Of a stretch of DNA of 64,000 bases, positions 48,775-59,096 are shown in pieces (position 1 is the stretch's first letter; every line of letters starts with the position of its first letter). Position numbers and translations under genes: made by a program. Origin of the DNA: Desulfatiglandales bacterium (lineage in GTDB: Bacteria > Desulfobacterota > DSM-4660 > Desulfatiglandales > Desulfatiglandaceae); the NCBI GenBank assembly GCA_963662465.1, contig OY759599.1, positions 576,001 through 640,000 on the forward strand, read 5' to 3'. The notes beneath the pieces were generated by a model. The model saw only the letters and a program-made list of their open reading frames with translations, ran no database searches and was not told where the DNA came from.

Positions 48775-51700
48775 GGGTTTGTCCCCCTGACGTCCTTTCA
48801 TCAGCGTGTTTTAGGGTGACGCGCTTCCGGTGTTTGCCCAATGCCTTATAAATGACCACATAAAAAAGCGGCGCAAACAGGGTGACCAGGAAGGTAGAGG
48901 TCACCATGCCTCCCAGCACCCCGGTGCCGATGGCATTTTGCGCCCCTGCCCCTGCTCCCATGGCGATGGCGAGGGGCAGGACGCCGAATCCGAAGGCCAG
49001 GGATGTCATGACAATGGGGCGCAGTCTTAATTTCGCCGCTTCCAGCGTTGCCGCGATCAGCTCCTCCCCTTCATCGACCCTGGCCTTGGCGAACTGGACG
49101 ATCAGGATGGCGTTTTTGGTGGTCAGCCCCAGGATGGTTAAGAGTCCTATCTGGAAATAGACGTCATTGGGGAACCCCCGCATGCTCGAGCTGATAACGC
49201 CGCCGATGACGCCTAAGGGCAGGGTCAGCAGGATGGCGATGGGGATGGGCCAGCTCTCATAGAGGGCTGCAAGAACCAGAAAAACCACAAAAATGGAGAA
49301 GGCATACAGAATCGGCCCCTGGGCCGTTGCCATCCGCTCCTGATAGGAAAGTCCGGTCCAGTCAAAACCGATCCCCTGGGGCAGCTTCGAGACCATTTCT
49401 TCCATTGCGGCCATGGCCTCGCCGGAACTCTTCCCCGGCGCCGGCTCACCCCAGATGTTGATGGACGGAAAGGCATTGTAGCGCTCCAGTTTGGGAGAAC
49501 CGAGGGTCCACCGTCCGGTGGCAAAGGAAGAGAACGGGACCATCTTGCCCACGCTGTTGCGCACATAGAGTTTTTTCAAATCCTTGGGCAGCATGCGGTA
49601 GGGGGCATCGGCCTGGACAAAGACCCGTTTGACCCGTCCGGCCTGGATAAAGTCGTTGACATAGGCGCTGCCGAAAGCCGATGCAATGGTGTTGTGAATG
49701 GAGGTGATGGGAACCCCCAGGGCTCCGGCCTTATCCCAATCCACGTCAATCCGGTATTCGGGCACATCCTCCATGCCGTTGGGCCGGACCCGGACCAATC
49801 GCGAATCCTGCGCCGCCATGCCCAGGAGCTGATTGCGAGCTGCCATGAGTTTTTCGTGGCCCAGGCCCCCACGATCCTGCAACTGAAAATCAAAGCCCGT
49901 GGCATTGCCCAGTTCAAGAACCGCCGGGGGCGCAAAGGCGAACACCATGGCCTCTTTTATTTGTGAGAAGGCGCCCATGGCCCTGCCGGCGATGGCCCGG
50001 GCTTTCAGGTCCGCCCGCTTACGCAGCTTCCAGTCCTTGAGCTGGACAAACCCCAGGGCCATATTCTGTCCCTGGCCGGAAAAGCTGTGACCTGAAATGG
50101 ACATGATGGAGTTCACCCCGTCTTTTTCCCTGATCAGGAAATGATCCCTGACCCGGTTCATGACTTTCTCGGTCTGTTCCAGGGTGGAACCCGACGGAAG
50201 CATGGCCTGGACCATCAGTAGCCCCTGGTCTTCATTGGGGAGATAGGCGGTGGGCATGCGCTGGAACAGATAGCCCATGGCCCCCGCAATGAGCAGAAAC
50301 AGGAAGAGATAGCGGAGTTTTTGGGCCAGAACGCGTCCCACCAGTCTGACATACAGGTCCCTGGCGCGAAAAAAGAAGCGGTCAAACCACTTGAAAAAAG
50401 GGCGCAGAAAAAAAACGGCATTGTCCGCCGGTTCATGTCCTTTGGCGACCGGTTTAAGAAGCGACACGCAGAGTACCGGGGTCAGGATCAGGGCCACGAG
50501 AACCGAAAGCAGCATGGAAGCGATGACGGTTACGGAAAACTGGCGGTAGATGACCCCGGTGGAGCCTGGGAAGAACGCCATGGGGCCGAATACCGCCGAA
50601 AGTACCAGACCGATGCCGACCAGGGCGCTGGTGATCTGCTCCATGGACTTGGCCGTGGCCTCCTTGGGAGAAAGGCCCTCTTCGCTCATGATCCGTTCCA
50701 CGTTTTCCACCACCACGATGGCGTCATCCACCAGCAGCCCGATGGCCAGCACCATGGCGAACATGGTCAGCATGTTGATGGAGAATCCGAACAGCCCCAG
50801 AACCCCGAAGGTTCCCAACAGCACCACCGGCACTGCGATGGTCGGAATCAGGGTGGCCCGGAAGGTCCCCATAAAAAGATACATGATGACAAAGACCAGC
50901 AACATCGCTTCCAAAAGGGTTTTGACCACCTCCTCAATGGCGACTTGGGTAAAGGGGGTAGTGTCGTAGGGATAAATCACCTTCATGCCGTGGGGGAAAT
51001 ACCGGCTCATCTCCGCCAGCTTCTGTTTGACTGCATCGGCCGTATCCAGCGCATTGGCGCCGGCGACCTGCCGGATGCCCATGGCGGCGGCGGGCATGCC
51101 ATTGTACTCAGCGATGACATCGTAACGCTCGGTGCCCAGTTCCGTCCGTCCGATGTCCTTGATACGGATTACGCTTCCATCCGGATTAGTGCGGACGGGG
51201 ATGGCGGCGAACTCCTCCGGGGTCTGGAGCAGATGCTGGACGATGATGGCGGCATTCAGGCGCTGGTTTTTTGTTGCGGGTATTCCGCCGAACTGACCGG
51301 CGGAAACCTCAACATTGTAGGCCCGCAGTGCCATGACGACGTCTTCCATGGTCAGGTTGTAATTGGTCAACTTGTCGGGATTGACCCAGACCCGCATGGC
51401 ATACTGGGAACCGAAATTCTCCACTTCGCCGACACCCGGCACCCGGGACAGGATCTTCTCCAGATTGGACTGAGCATAGTCCCGCAAGTCATCGCCGTCC
51501 ATGCTGCCGTCTTCCGAGATGAGCCCCACGATGATCAGGTAGTTCCGGGTGGATTTACTGACTTTAACTCCCTGGCGCTGCACCACGTCGGGCAGGCTGG
51601 CCATGGCGAGCTGAAGCTTGTTTTGCACTTTGGACCAGGCAAGATCCGGATCGGTCCCGGGGGTAAAGGTTAGTTCGATGCGGGATGCGCCGGATGAAGA

Positions 51701-51952
51701 ACTGGTGCCCGTGAGGTAAAGCATTTCGTCTAAGCCCGTCATCTTCTGCTCGATGATCTGGGTTACGGTGTTCTCAACGGTTTCCCCCGATGCCCCGGGG
51801 AAAAAGGCATCGATGGCGATGGAAGGCGGCGCGATGGGGGGATACTGCGATATGGGCAGTTTGTGGATAGCCAGCCCGCCGGCCGCCATCATGACGATGG
51901 CGATGACCCAGGCGAAGACCGGCCGGGCCAGGAAAAATTTTGATAACATCAC
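48767..51952 (-). CDS. HAE1 RND efflux permease (AcrB/MexB family)
   Basis: RPVFAWVIAI, LPISQYP, GLLVDDAIVVVENVER, TKNAILIV, RLRPIVMTSLAF. Confidence 0.96.
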   Translation of the reverse strand: MMLSKFFLARPVFAWVIAIVMMAAGGLAIHKLPISQYPPIAPPSIAIDAFFPGASGETVENTVTQIIEQKMTGLDEMLYLTGTSSSSGASRIELTFTPGTDPDLAWSKVQNKLQLAMASLPDVVQRQGVKVSKSTRNYLIIVGLISEDGSMDGDDLRDYAQSNLEKILSRVPGVGEVENFGSQYAMRVWVNPDKLTNYNLTMEDVVMALRAYNVEVSAGQFGGIPATKNQRLNAAIIVQHLLQTPEEFAAIPVRTNPDGSVIRIKDIGRTELGTERYDVIAEYNGMPAAAMGIRQVAGANALDTADAVKQKLAEMSRYFPHGMKVIYPYDTTPFTQVAIEEVVKTLLEAMLLVFVIMYLFMGTFRATLIPTIAVPVVLLGTFGVLGLFGFSINMLTMFAMVLAIGLLVDDAIVVVENVERIMSEEGLSPKEATAKSMEQITSALVGIGLVLSAVFGPMAFFPGSTGVIYRQFSVTVIASMLLSVLVALILTPVLCVSLLKPVAKGHEPADNAVFFLRPFFKWFDRFFFRARDLYVRLVGRVLAQKLRYLFLFLLIAGAMGYLFQRMPTAYLPNEDQGLLMVQAMLPSGSTLEQTEKVMNRVRDHFLIREKDGVNSIMSISGHSFSGQGQNMALGFVQLKDWKLRKRADLKARAIAGRAMGAFSQIKEAMVFAFAPPAVLELGNATGFDFQLQDRGGLGHEKLMAARNQLLGMAAQDSRLVRVRPNGMEDVPEYRIDVDWDKAGALGVPITSIHNTIASAFGSAYVNDFIQAGRVKRVFVQADAPYRMLPKDLKKLYVRNSVGKMVPFSSFATGRWTLGSPKLERYNAFPSINIWGEPAPGKSSGEAMAAMEEMVSKLPQGIGFDWTGLSYQERMATAQGPILYAFSIFVVFLVLAALYESWPIPIAILLTLPLGVIGGVISSSMRGFPNDVYFQIGLLTILGLTTKNAILIVQFAKARVDEGEELIAATLEAAKLRLRPIVMTSLAFGFGVLPLAIAMGAGAGAQNAIGTGVLGGMVTSTFLVTLFAPLFYVVIYKALGKHRKRVTLKHADERTSGGQTHE

Positions 51953-51974
51953 ACGCCTCCGTTGTGGGCGGACA

Positions 51975-53312
51975 CTACTTCGATTCAGCCGGTGCCCGGG
52001 GTGTATTTGCCGGTGTATTCCCGCTATCTTTAAAAGGAACCGCCTTCACGGCCGTCCCCGGTCGTAACATTTGCGTTCCCTCGACGATCACCCGATCACC
52101 GGGAGCAAGCCCCGCCGATACGAGCCATTGGTTGCCGATGGCACGGTCAAGGGTGAGCATGCGCAGTTCGACTTTGCCTGTGGTATCCACGATCATCGCG
52201 AAGGGATTCCCCTTGTGATCGCGGGCAACCCCCTGCTGGGGGACAAAAATGGCCTGCTCATTGAAGCCCTCCTTAATCTCCGCCCGGACGAACATCCCCG
52301 GTAGAAGAACGCCTTTCGGATTTGGAAGGACAACCCGCAGGATCACGGATCCCGTGCTTGGGTCCACGGTCACATCGCTGAATTGCAGTATCCCTTCGAG
52401 AGGGTAGGGGATGCCGTCTTCCAGGATGAGCTTGACCTTGTTCTGTTCGGTTCCGTTTTGATTGAGACGGCCCTCCTCCAGGCGCCGTTTCAATCGCAGC
52501 AGTTCGGCGGTGGATTGGGGCACGTCCACGTAAATGGGGTCCAGTTGCTGGATGGTGGCGAGAGGGGTGGGCTGATAGGCCGTCACAATGGCGCCCTCCG
52601 TCACGTTGGATTTACCGATACGGCCCATGACGGGTGCGGTGACCCTGCAGTATCTCAGATTGATACGGGCCGTCTCCACCATCGCTTCCGCCTGATGGAT
52701 GGTTGCCTCGGCGACTGCCACTGCTGCCCGGTCGCTTTCCAGCTGCGCCTCGACGGCCCGCAGGGTCGCCTCGGCGACATCGGCGTCGGTTTCGGCCTGG
52801 TCGCGCTGACTGGTGGAAACAACTTTGTCCTTAAACGCGTCCTCGAATCGCCGACGATTTGTCCGGGCAAGGGCCAGGGTGGCCCGCTGCTGCGTCACGC
52901 GTGCGATGCTCGCTTTCAGTGCGGCCCGCGCCTGGTCGGCCGACTTCCGTGTGACGGAAAGATTCGCGCTTGCATTGTCCAGGGCCGCCTGAAAGGGGGC
53001 CGGATCGATCTGATAAAGTATTTGGCCTGCCTTGACATCGGAACCTTCCGTAAACAGACGTTTCTGCACAAGGCCGCTGACTTGGGGCCGGATCTCGGCG
53101 ATACAAAAGGCGGCGGTGCGGCCCGGCAGTTCAGTGGTCAGCATGATCTTTTGGGGTTGGACCGTCACAGTGGCCATTTCCGGGGCAGTGGGCGGCTGGC
53201 GGGATTGCGTCGCCCGGTCGCACCCGGCGAGAAAAAAACCGCCCAACAGTACCGCCAGAATCACGGTATATCCAATGGGTTTGTAAATTATTCCGTTTTG
53301 TTGCATAAACAA
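51975..53312 (-). CDS. RND periplasmic adaptor (AcrA/MexA family)
   Basis: Lipobox LAGC, ELPGRT, EIRPQVSG, QLDPIYVD, LLPGMFVRA. Confidence 0.94.
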   Translation of the reverse strand: MFMQQNGIIYKPIGYTVILAVLLGGFFLAGCDRATQSRQPPTAPEMATVTVQPQKIMLTTELPGRTAAFCIAEIRPQVSGLVQKRLFTEGSDVKAGQILYQIDPAPFQAALDNASANLSVTRKSADQARAALKASIARVTQQRATLALARTNRRRFEDAFKDKVVSTSQRDQAETDADVAEATLRAVEAQLESDRAAVAVAEATIHQAEAMVETARINLRYCRVTAPVMGRIGKSNVTEGAIVTAYQPTPLATIQQLDPIYVDVPQSTAELLRLKRRLEEGRLNQNGTEQNKVKLILEDGIPYPLEGILQFSDVTVDPSTGSVILRVVLPNPKGVLLPGMFVRAEIKEGFNEQAIFVPQQGVARDHKGNPFAMIVDTTGKVELRMLTLDRAIGNQWLVSAGLAPGDRVIVEGTQMLRPGTAVKAVPFKDSGNTPANTPRAPAESK

Positions 53313-53337
53313 TCCTCCAAAACCCCAGTTTATCTAA

Positions 53338-53353
53338 GAGTGATCAGTCACTC
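53338..53353. promoter_or_regulatory. Putative TetR operator upstream of the adaptor gene
   Basis: GAGTGA-TCAG-TCACTC palindrome, same arms as 54026-54047. Confidence 0.75.
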
Positions 53354-53413
53354 CGCGCTTGCGCAAAAAATAGGCTTGCGTTTAAATTCAACCCCGAAAT
53401 CATATTGAACCAG

Positions 53414-54007
53414 CTATCGCTTTAGCGCATCCCAGCATGCCTCAACGGTTTTTTGAACCGTCCGGGAATCCAGATCAAACAACCCGAAAGATACGTCCCG
53501 AACCAAAAACACGATGGGGCCAAAGGCCAATGACATTAACACCGGCAAGGGCAGATCCTTAAGAATCTGCTGCGCCCTGGCCGATTCGAGCAGGGCGTGT
53601 ACCGGATTGAAATTATTTGTGCCCTTTTGGGTCCGGTCGACCACCAGCATATCCCGCTTGTGGGAAATGCCAAAGGGAGAATTGAAATACTGTTCGTTAA
53701 ACCTTTGGAATTTCGGATTTTCCAGCAAAAAATGAAAGAGATTGAACCCCAGCCGAAGGTATCGTTCTCGAATGGGCGCTTTGGGATCATGATCCCTTAG
53801 AATCGCCTTGCTTATTTCGTCCGCCACATATCGAAACACCTGATGAATCAGGGCCTCCTTGTCCTTAAAATGGCGATAGATGGAACCTTCTCCCACGCCG
53901 GCTTTTGATGCGATCATGGAAGTGGGGGCGCCATGAAATCCATTTTCGGCGATGAGCTCAAGCGCCGCTTCCACGATCACACGCGATTTATTCGGTTTCT
54001 CCGCCAT
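53414..54007 (-). CDS. TetR/AcrR family regulator
   Basis: IVEAALELIAENGFHGAPTSMIASKAGVGEGSIYRHFKDKEAL. Confidence 0.95.
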   Translation of the reverse strand: MAEKPNKSRVIVEAALELIAENGFHGAPTSMIASKAGVGEGSIYRHFKDKEALIHQVFRYVADEISKAILRDHDPKAPIRERYLRLGFNLFHFLLENPKFQRFNEQYFNSPFGISHKRDMLVVDRTQKGTNNFNPVHALLESARAQQILKDLPLPVLMSLAFGPIVFLVRDVSFGLFDLDSRTVQKTVEACWDALKR

Positions 54008-54025
54008 TTTATTCTCCTTCCAGCT

Positions 54026-54047
54026 ACGGAGTGACTAATCACTCCGT
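54026..54047. promoter_or_regulatory. Putative TetR autoregulatory operator
   Basis: ACGGAGTGA-CTAA-TCACTCCGT perfect 9-bp arms between the promoter region and the tetR RBS. Confidence 0.78.
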
Positions 54048-54148
54048 TTTTATGCCTTAAATAAACCGTTGTCAAGAAAAAATGAAAAGATTCAACCTTG
54101 CCAACCTAAATCGGGGTAGGCGTTCACGGGTTTATCGCTTCCCTGTTA

Positions 54149-55927
54149 TCAGTCCGGTTTTGTAAAGCATACCCTTTCAAATCCCAGGGCCACGACAACA
54201 AATTTCTGCAAACGCAGGTTTCCATGTCTTTGCGCAAGCTGGTTTCCGTATTCCCGCACCTGCTTTTCGCCATCTTTTATCAGCCTTGCAATTTCGGGAA
54301 GTTGTTTTAACGCATTTTCGGAAAGCTTCTTTGCCTGGTCAGCGCTCATCCCGGCATTTTTGAGCTTTACAAACTTGAACTCAATCAAGACATCAAATAT
54401 CTTGCCATATCTCTTATCCGGTCTGATGATCATGGTCAAATCGGCATATCTGCGGCTGATCTCGGTTTCGGAGTCCATGATATAGATAATATCATTGTAA
54501 AGCAGGGTCAAAAACGCGGTCTTTAATGTCAGCTCATTTGCCCATCTGTAATCTCGGTTATGAAAGACCTTGAAATATCTCTCTTCCATGAATTTGCACA
54601 GCGGCGCCATATCTCCTTTTCCGTATACTTTTTCCGCGGCAAGCTTTCCATCATCCCTGTCTTCAGGCTCCGGCAGAAGCATTTTTTGAACCCGCTCCAC
54701 ATAAAGACTCTGCATCACCAAATTGGGAACTTTTAAAATAACCTTAAGGTCTTCAGTATCGCCTGCAATCGTCAGCACCCCAAAATAATAGAGAAAAGAT
54801 GCCAGAAATGTATTGTCCTTTGATTTGTCCGTCAGCATCTCCCGGATGCCAAAGCGCTTACTGATTCTGGATGCAATTACCTGCCGATCTTTTTCCATCA
54901 ATCTCATCAGAAGATCTCTTCCACTGGGAATTTGAGCAATATATTCAAGCTTTGATTCATCCACCGCAAGATTGTCATCCAGCATTTCCCTCGGATAGCC
55001 GCATGTTTTTTTGAATTGTTCAAAAAAATATAAGCAAAGCGTCGGATTATAAATATGCTCATCTGCTGCATGGGAAAAAACATAGCCGTTGTAATAAGTT
55101 TGCATCAAATTTACGGCTTCCCGGATCTTCTCCTTTTCAAAGCCGCATTTATCGACAATCTGCTTAAGTACATCTTCAATTTCATCCTGCTTAAACCCGC
55201 ACAGATCATTAAATTCAGGCTCAAAATAGATATTTTTTGCAATATTATATCCGCTGGTAATATCGCTCATCACAACAGGCGAAACCCCTGTTATGAAAAC
55301 GCGGTCCAACATGGAACCTGAAGTGGAAGATTTTACAGCCTTAAAAAAAGTTCTTAAAATGCCTTCGTCATACACAAGCGCTTCATATCTGTTTCCGGCA
55401 CTCTGTACCCCCATCATCACGGTATTGGCAAAATTGTCATATTCATCTATGAGTAAATAAACAGGGTGCGGACTCATGCGAACTGCGCCGGCAAGGGATT
55501 TAAGGGAACTTATGGCATTATTTCCGTTCACTTCAATATCAGGAAGATGATACCTTCCGTAATAGAGAATAAATTCTTTGATGCAGTCATTAATATGATC
55601 GAACAGAACCTGTTTCACCTCTTCAGCGCTCCCGGTAGGATCAACGCAGGAAAAGTCAAATTTCAAAATAAAATATGAATTGTGCAATTCCGTAGGATTC
55701 TTACCGATTTTTAGCCCGCCAAAAATCGTTTCAAACTCATCCTTTTTTGCCACGTCATAATAGTTTTCCAGCATTGAAAGCACAAGACTCTTGCCGAAAC
55801 GCCTGGGACGGATGAACAGTTGAGATTTTGTATTCTCAAGCAGCGGTATTTTATCTGTCCTGTCACAATAAAAATACCCTTCCGTGACAAGACTTTTAAA
55901 ATCAGAGATACCATATGGATATTTCAT
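54149..55927 (-). CDS. AAA-ATPase-like + PD-(D/E)XK nuclease (PDDEXK_9-type) protein
   Basis: PYGISDF, RPRRFGKSL, LIDEYD, FITGVSP, YYNGY, YNP, SE...YADL...LIEFK. Confidence 0.9.
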   Translation of the reverse strand: MKYPYGISDFKSLVTEGYFYCDRTDKIPLLENTKSQLFIRPRRFGKSLVLSMLENYYDVAKKDEFETIFGGLKIGKNPTELHNSYFILKFDFSCVDPTGSAEEVKQVLFDHINDCIKEFILYYGRYHLPDIEVNGNNAISSLKSLAGAVRMSPHPVYLLIDEYDNFANTVMMGVQSAGNRYEALVYDEGILRTFFKAVKSSTSGSMLDRVFITGVSPVVMSDITSGYNIAKNIYFEPEFNDLCGFKQDEIEDVLKQIVDKCGFEKEKIREAVNLMQTYYNGYVFSHAADEHIYNPTLCLYFFEQFKKTCGYPREMLDDNLAVDESKLEYIAQIPSGRDLLMRLMEKDRQVIASRISKRFGIREMLTDKSKDNTFLASFLYYFGVLTIAGDTEDLKVILKVPNLVMQSLYVERVQKMLLPEPEDRDDGKLAAEKVYGKGDMAPLCKFMEERYFKVFHNRDYRWANELTLKTAFLTLLYNDIIYIMDSETEISRRYADLTMIIRPDKRYGKIFDVLIEFKFVKLKNAGMSADQAKKLSENALKQLPEIARLIKDGEKQVREYGNQLAQRHGNLRLQKFVVVALGFERVCFTKPD

Positions 55928-56049
55928 TATTCAATCCTCCTCCCATTATGCAGCGTCTTTGAGACAATGGAGTGATATGCCTTTTTATTTGTAAGCTTAT
56001 CAGATTCCTGTAGTTTTTCAATCGTATTTATGCCTATTGCGCATAAATC

Positions 56050-56400
56050 TAAATGTTGTGGGGTTGTATAATCTATCAAAATCCAGATCTTTTTCCCGAA
56101 CATCTTGCATCGGATGAAAAACATTCCCATTTAAAGGAAAAGAAAGTATATGTGGCTACAACGGTCGGCATTAAGGGTTTCTTTAACTGAAGATGCCGGA
56201 GAGAATGGCTTGACGGAAGTTTATGGTAAATTAAAGGACGAAGCTCTCAACTTAAATCTGGAATATGCACCGAAATCCGTCAACACCGATGCATGGAAGG
56301 CTACGATAAAATCCTGGAAATTATTATTTCCGAATATCTTTGTTATTTGCTGTTTTATGCATGAGTTCATCTACATTCGCGGTCGAGGGTCAATGAGGCG
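56050..56400 (+). pseudogene. Degraded DDE transposase fragment
   Basis: Frameshifted pieces PDLFPEHLASDEKH / KVYVATTVG / YAPKSVNTDAWKAT...LFP...CCFMH; TDxW...CxxH resembles Mutator/IS256-like cores. Confidence 0.6.
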
Positions 56401-56414
56401 ATTGGAGAAATAGA

Positions 56415-59036
56415 ATGGAAGAATTGCAGCAAAATCCATTATCTCAAAACAATTTCAAAAAAGTTCCCGGGATAACGCCCCTACTGAACACCATTCATCC
56501 GTTCATCCTGGGGCAAACCAGGATGAACCGGTTAAAAAGACTCTTTGAAATGGCGCCGGCATATGCTTGCCTGGATCTATTTGATGCCGCAGTTTGTGAT
56601 TTGCGCGAGAAAATTTTTGCCGTCGGGTTTGATAATGCCCGAAAAAAGGCTGAGGAAGCAGCACTTCTCCGAATCGATCATCCCATGGCGTTGGAACACT
56701 ACCCGATCCAGGGGTTGGTGGATCTGGCCTATGCCAGTGGGATTCTGATCCAAACCCATTGGGAAAACCTCTGCCGATGCAGGGGAATCGTTCAAAGCAT
56801 GGGGCTGCAAGATTGCGATTGTAAAATAGGGGAAGACGACGCTTTTTTTCTCTGCAAAACATGCGTTGAGACCCTCTTGATCCGGGAAGCGGCTCCATCC
56901 GGTGTGTTGGATCATGAAAAAAGAGATCCGACGCCCATTTCATGGGCGTCTTCTCTTGGAAAAAACAGGGACGAAAGATGGGCGTCATCGACTGCCGACA
57001 CTGTTCTGGAGCATAAAACAGGGGAATGCGAAGCCAACCTTTTGGAATCGATCCTTGATGCCATGCAGGAAATGATTGTCTATTATGATGGCGAACTGAA
57101 TGTCATATGGGCGAATCGGGCCGCCGCGGAATTTGCCGGGCTCAATCGAGAAGAGATGTTCGGGAAGAATTTTTACAGTGTGGCCTGCCAACAAGAGGAA
57201 CCCTGCGAAGGATGCCCGGTCGTCAGGGGCCTTTCATCTGATTATGTCGAGGCCATCGATAACAACCTGTTTATAGGGCGGTTGTTTTTTACCCGATCTT
57301 TACCGGTTTTTTGCGGCAATAAAAAATTGCCGGGCAGGCTTCTGGTGGCCCAGGATATATCGGGGCTGAGAAATCGATTTGGCGTGACCGACATCCTAAA
57401 TGATATTTCGGAGATTTTTCATTCGCCTAAGCGTCTTCCGGAAATGTGTGAAGAAGTGGTTAAAACGATCGTTTCAAAATTCGATTTTCCCGCCGGTTAC
57501 ATCACGCTATACGACGAGACGGCTCAGGAGATCGTGAATTTGGGAGAAATTGACTTGACGGGAAAATTGCTTCCCCTGCCGAAGCGCTTGCCGCCTTTTA
57601 GAAGTTTTTCGGCAAAGGTCATGGAAGATGGGTTTCCCCTCAATGTGACCGGACTGAGCAAGATGGCGGATTTTTCGGGATATGCTTTGAAAGAGGCCGG
57701 GGCTGAAACCGTCCTTGCCGTCCCCTTGAATGTTGAAACAAATACCATCGGGGCCATTGTCCTGGTTGATCTTGTCGAGCGGCTGGAAACCGATCTGATG
57801 ATTGACGGATTTCAGGCCGTCGCAAACCGTCTCGGCGCCGAGATCAACAAAAAGCAGACCGAAGAAAAATTAAGGGAAGAACGCAATTTCACCATGGCCG
57901 TTCTGAATAGCGCCGGCCCGTTCATCCTGATCCTGGATACGGAAGGACGGATTGTCCGCTTCAATAAGGCCGGAGAGAAATTAACCGGTTATGCCTTTGA
58001 GGAGGCGGCGGGGAGACCCATCTGGGACTTTTTTCAGGATCCGAAGGAAAGTGGCTTTATCCGAAAGATGTTCCCGCTGAAAGGCGAAACGACGGCAGGA
58101 TCTTCTTTCGAGAATTGGGTGATTGCCAAAGATGGGAAAAGACGTTTGGTATCCTGGTCAAACAGCATCATGGGAGACCCGAAGGATAAGAAGGTGCATG
58201 TTGTTTGCATCGGCGTTGATATCACGGATAAACGAAAGGCCGAAGAGGAAGCCGAACTTAGGCGCCGACAGCTTCTGGATGCGGACAAGATGGCTTCCCT
58301 TGGCATGCTGGCGTCAGGGGTCGCCCACGAGATCAACAATCCGAACAATTTTATCATGATGAATGCGCCGATCCTTAGAGCCGTATGGGAAGACGTCTCT
58401 CCGATTCTGAATGAATATTATGCCAAATGCGGGGACTTCATGTTGGCCAACATCCCTTTTTCAGAAATGTGTGGAGAGGTCCCCAAACTTTTTGACGGCA
58501 TCGAGGACGGATCACGTCGCATCCGGCAGATTATCCTGAACATGAAAAATTATACCCGAAGAGACGCCTTGGATATGGGTCAAGAGGTCCATGTGAACGA
58601 TGCCATCATAGCCGCCCTGGGGCTGCTGTCCCATCTCATCAAAAAGTCCACCCAATCGGTTTTAAACTTCAACCCCAAGAGACTCCCCCCTGTCAGGGGA
58701 AATCAACAGCGGTTGGAGCAAGTGGTCGTTAACCTCGTTCAAAATGCCTGCCAGGCCCTGCCTGACCGAAAAAAAAAGATTTTCATTGTCGCCTCTCTTG
58801 ATGAAGAAAAAAATGAAGTCGTCGTATGTGTGGCGGATGAAGGCGTCGGCATCCGTCCTGAACATATGGCGCAGATCTTTGACCCATTTTTTACCACGAA
58901 ATTAGAAACGGGGGGAACGGGTCTCGGTCTCTCGGTCTGCCTCAGTATTGTGAAAGAACATAACGGAAGACTGGAATTCACTTCGGAAACCGGAAAGGGA
59001 ACTCGGGCATATCTCTCATTGCCGGTAATTCGGTAG
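56415..59036 (+). CDS. PAS-GAF-PAS sensor histidine kinase (NtrB-like); start uncertain
   Basis: PAS segments, GAF-like region, GVAHEINNP, EQVVVNLVQNA, DEGVGI, FDPFFTTK, GTGLGL. Confidence 0.92.
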   Translation: MEELQQNPLSQNNFKKVPGITPLLNTIHPFILGQTRMNRLKRLFEMAPAYACLDLFDAAVCDLREKIFAVGFDNARKKAEEAALLRIDHPMALEHYPIQGLVDLAYASGILIQTHWENLCRCRGIVQSMGLQDCDCKIGEDDAFFLCKTCVETLLIREAAPSGVLDHEKRDPTPISWASSLGKNRDERWASSTADTVLEHKTGECEANLLESILDAMQEMIVYYDGELNVIWANRAAAEFAGLNREEMFGKNFYSVACQQEEPCEGCPVVRGLSSDYVEAIDNNLFIGRLFFTRSLPVFCGNKKLPGRLLVAQDISGLRNRFGVTDILNDISEIFHSPKRLPEMCEEVVKTIVSKFDFPAGYITLYDETAQEIVNLGEIDLTGKLLPLPKRLPPFRSFSAKVMEDGFPLNVTGLSKMADFSGYALKEAGAETVLAVPLNVETNTIGAIVLVDLVERLETDLMIDGFQAVANRLGAEINKKQTEEKLREERNFTMAVLNSAGPFILILDTEGRIVRFNKAGEKLTGYAFEEAAGRPIWDFFQDPKESGFIRKMFPLKGETTAGSSFENWVIAKDGKRRLVSWSNSIMGDPKDKKVHVVCIGVDITDKRKAEEEAELRRRQLLDADKMASLGMLASGVAHEINNPNNFIMMNAPILRAVWEDVSPILNEYYAKCGDFMLANIPFSEMCGEVPKLFDGIEDGSRRIRQIILNMKNYTRRDALDMGQEVHVNDAIIAALGLLSHLIKKSTQSVLNFNPKRLPPVRGNQQRLEQVVVNLVQNACQALPDRKKKIFIVASLDEEKNEVVVCVADEGVGIRPEHMAQIFDPFFTTKLETGGTGLGLSVCLSIVKEHNGRLEFTSETGKGTRAYLSLPVIR

Positions 59037-59096
59037 GCATTGTTCCAGAACGACCCTTTCCATTTATTTACGATAAAACAGGAGATTCCCTCATTG

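Noticed and set aside
50321..51673. 450-aa plus-strand ORF and similar long ORFs (38932-40071, 52383-53408, 61485-62426, 22982-23773, 8799-9593)
   Set aside because: Antisense shadows of well-supported genes with no motifs of their own.
31004..56400. attR duplicate of the tRNA-Ala 3' end and an integrase gene
   Set aside because: Could not find CCCCTCAGCTCCACCA again or recombinase motifs, so the island's right end is left undefined; an exact string search should confirm this.
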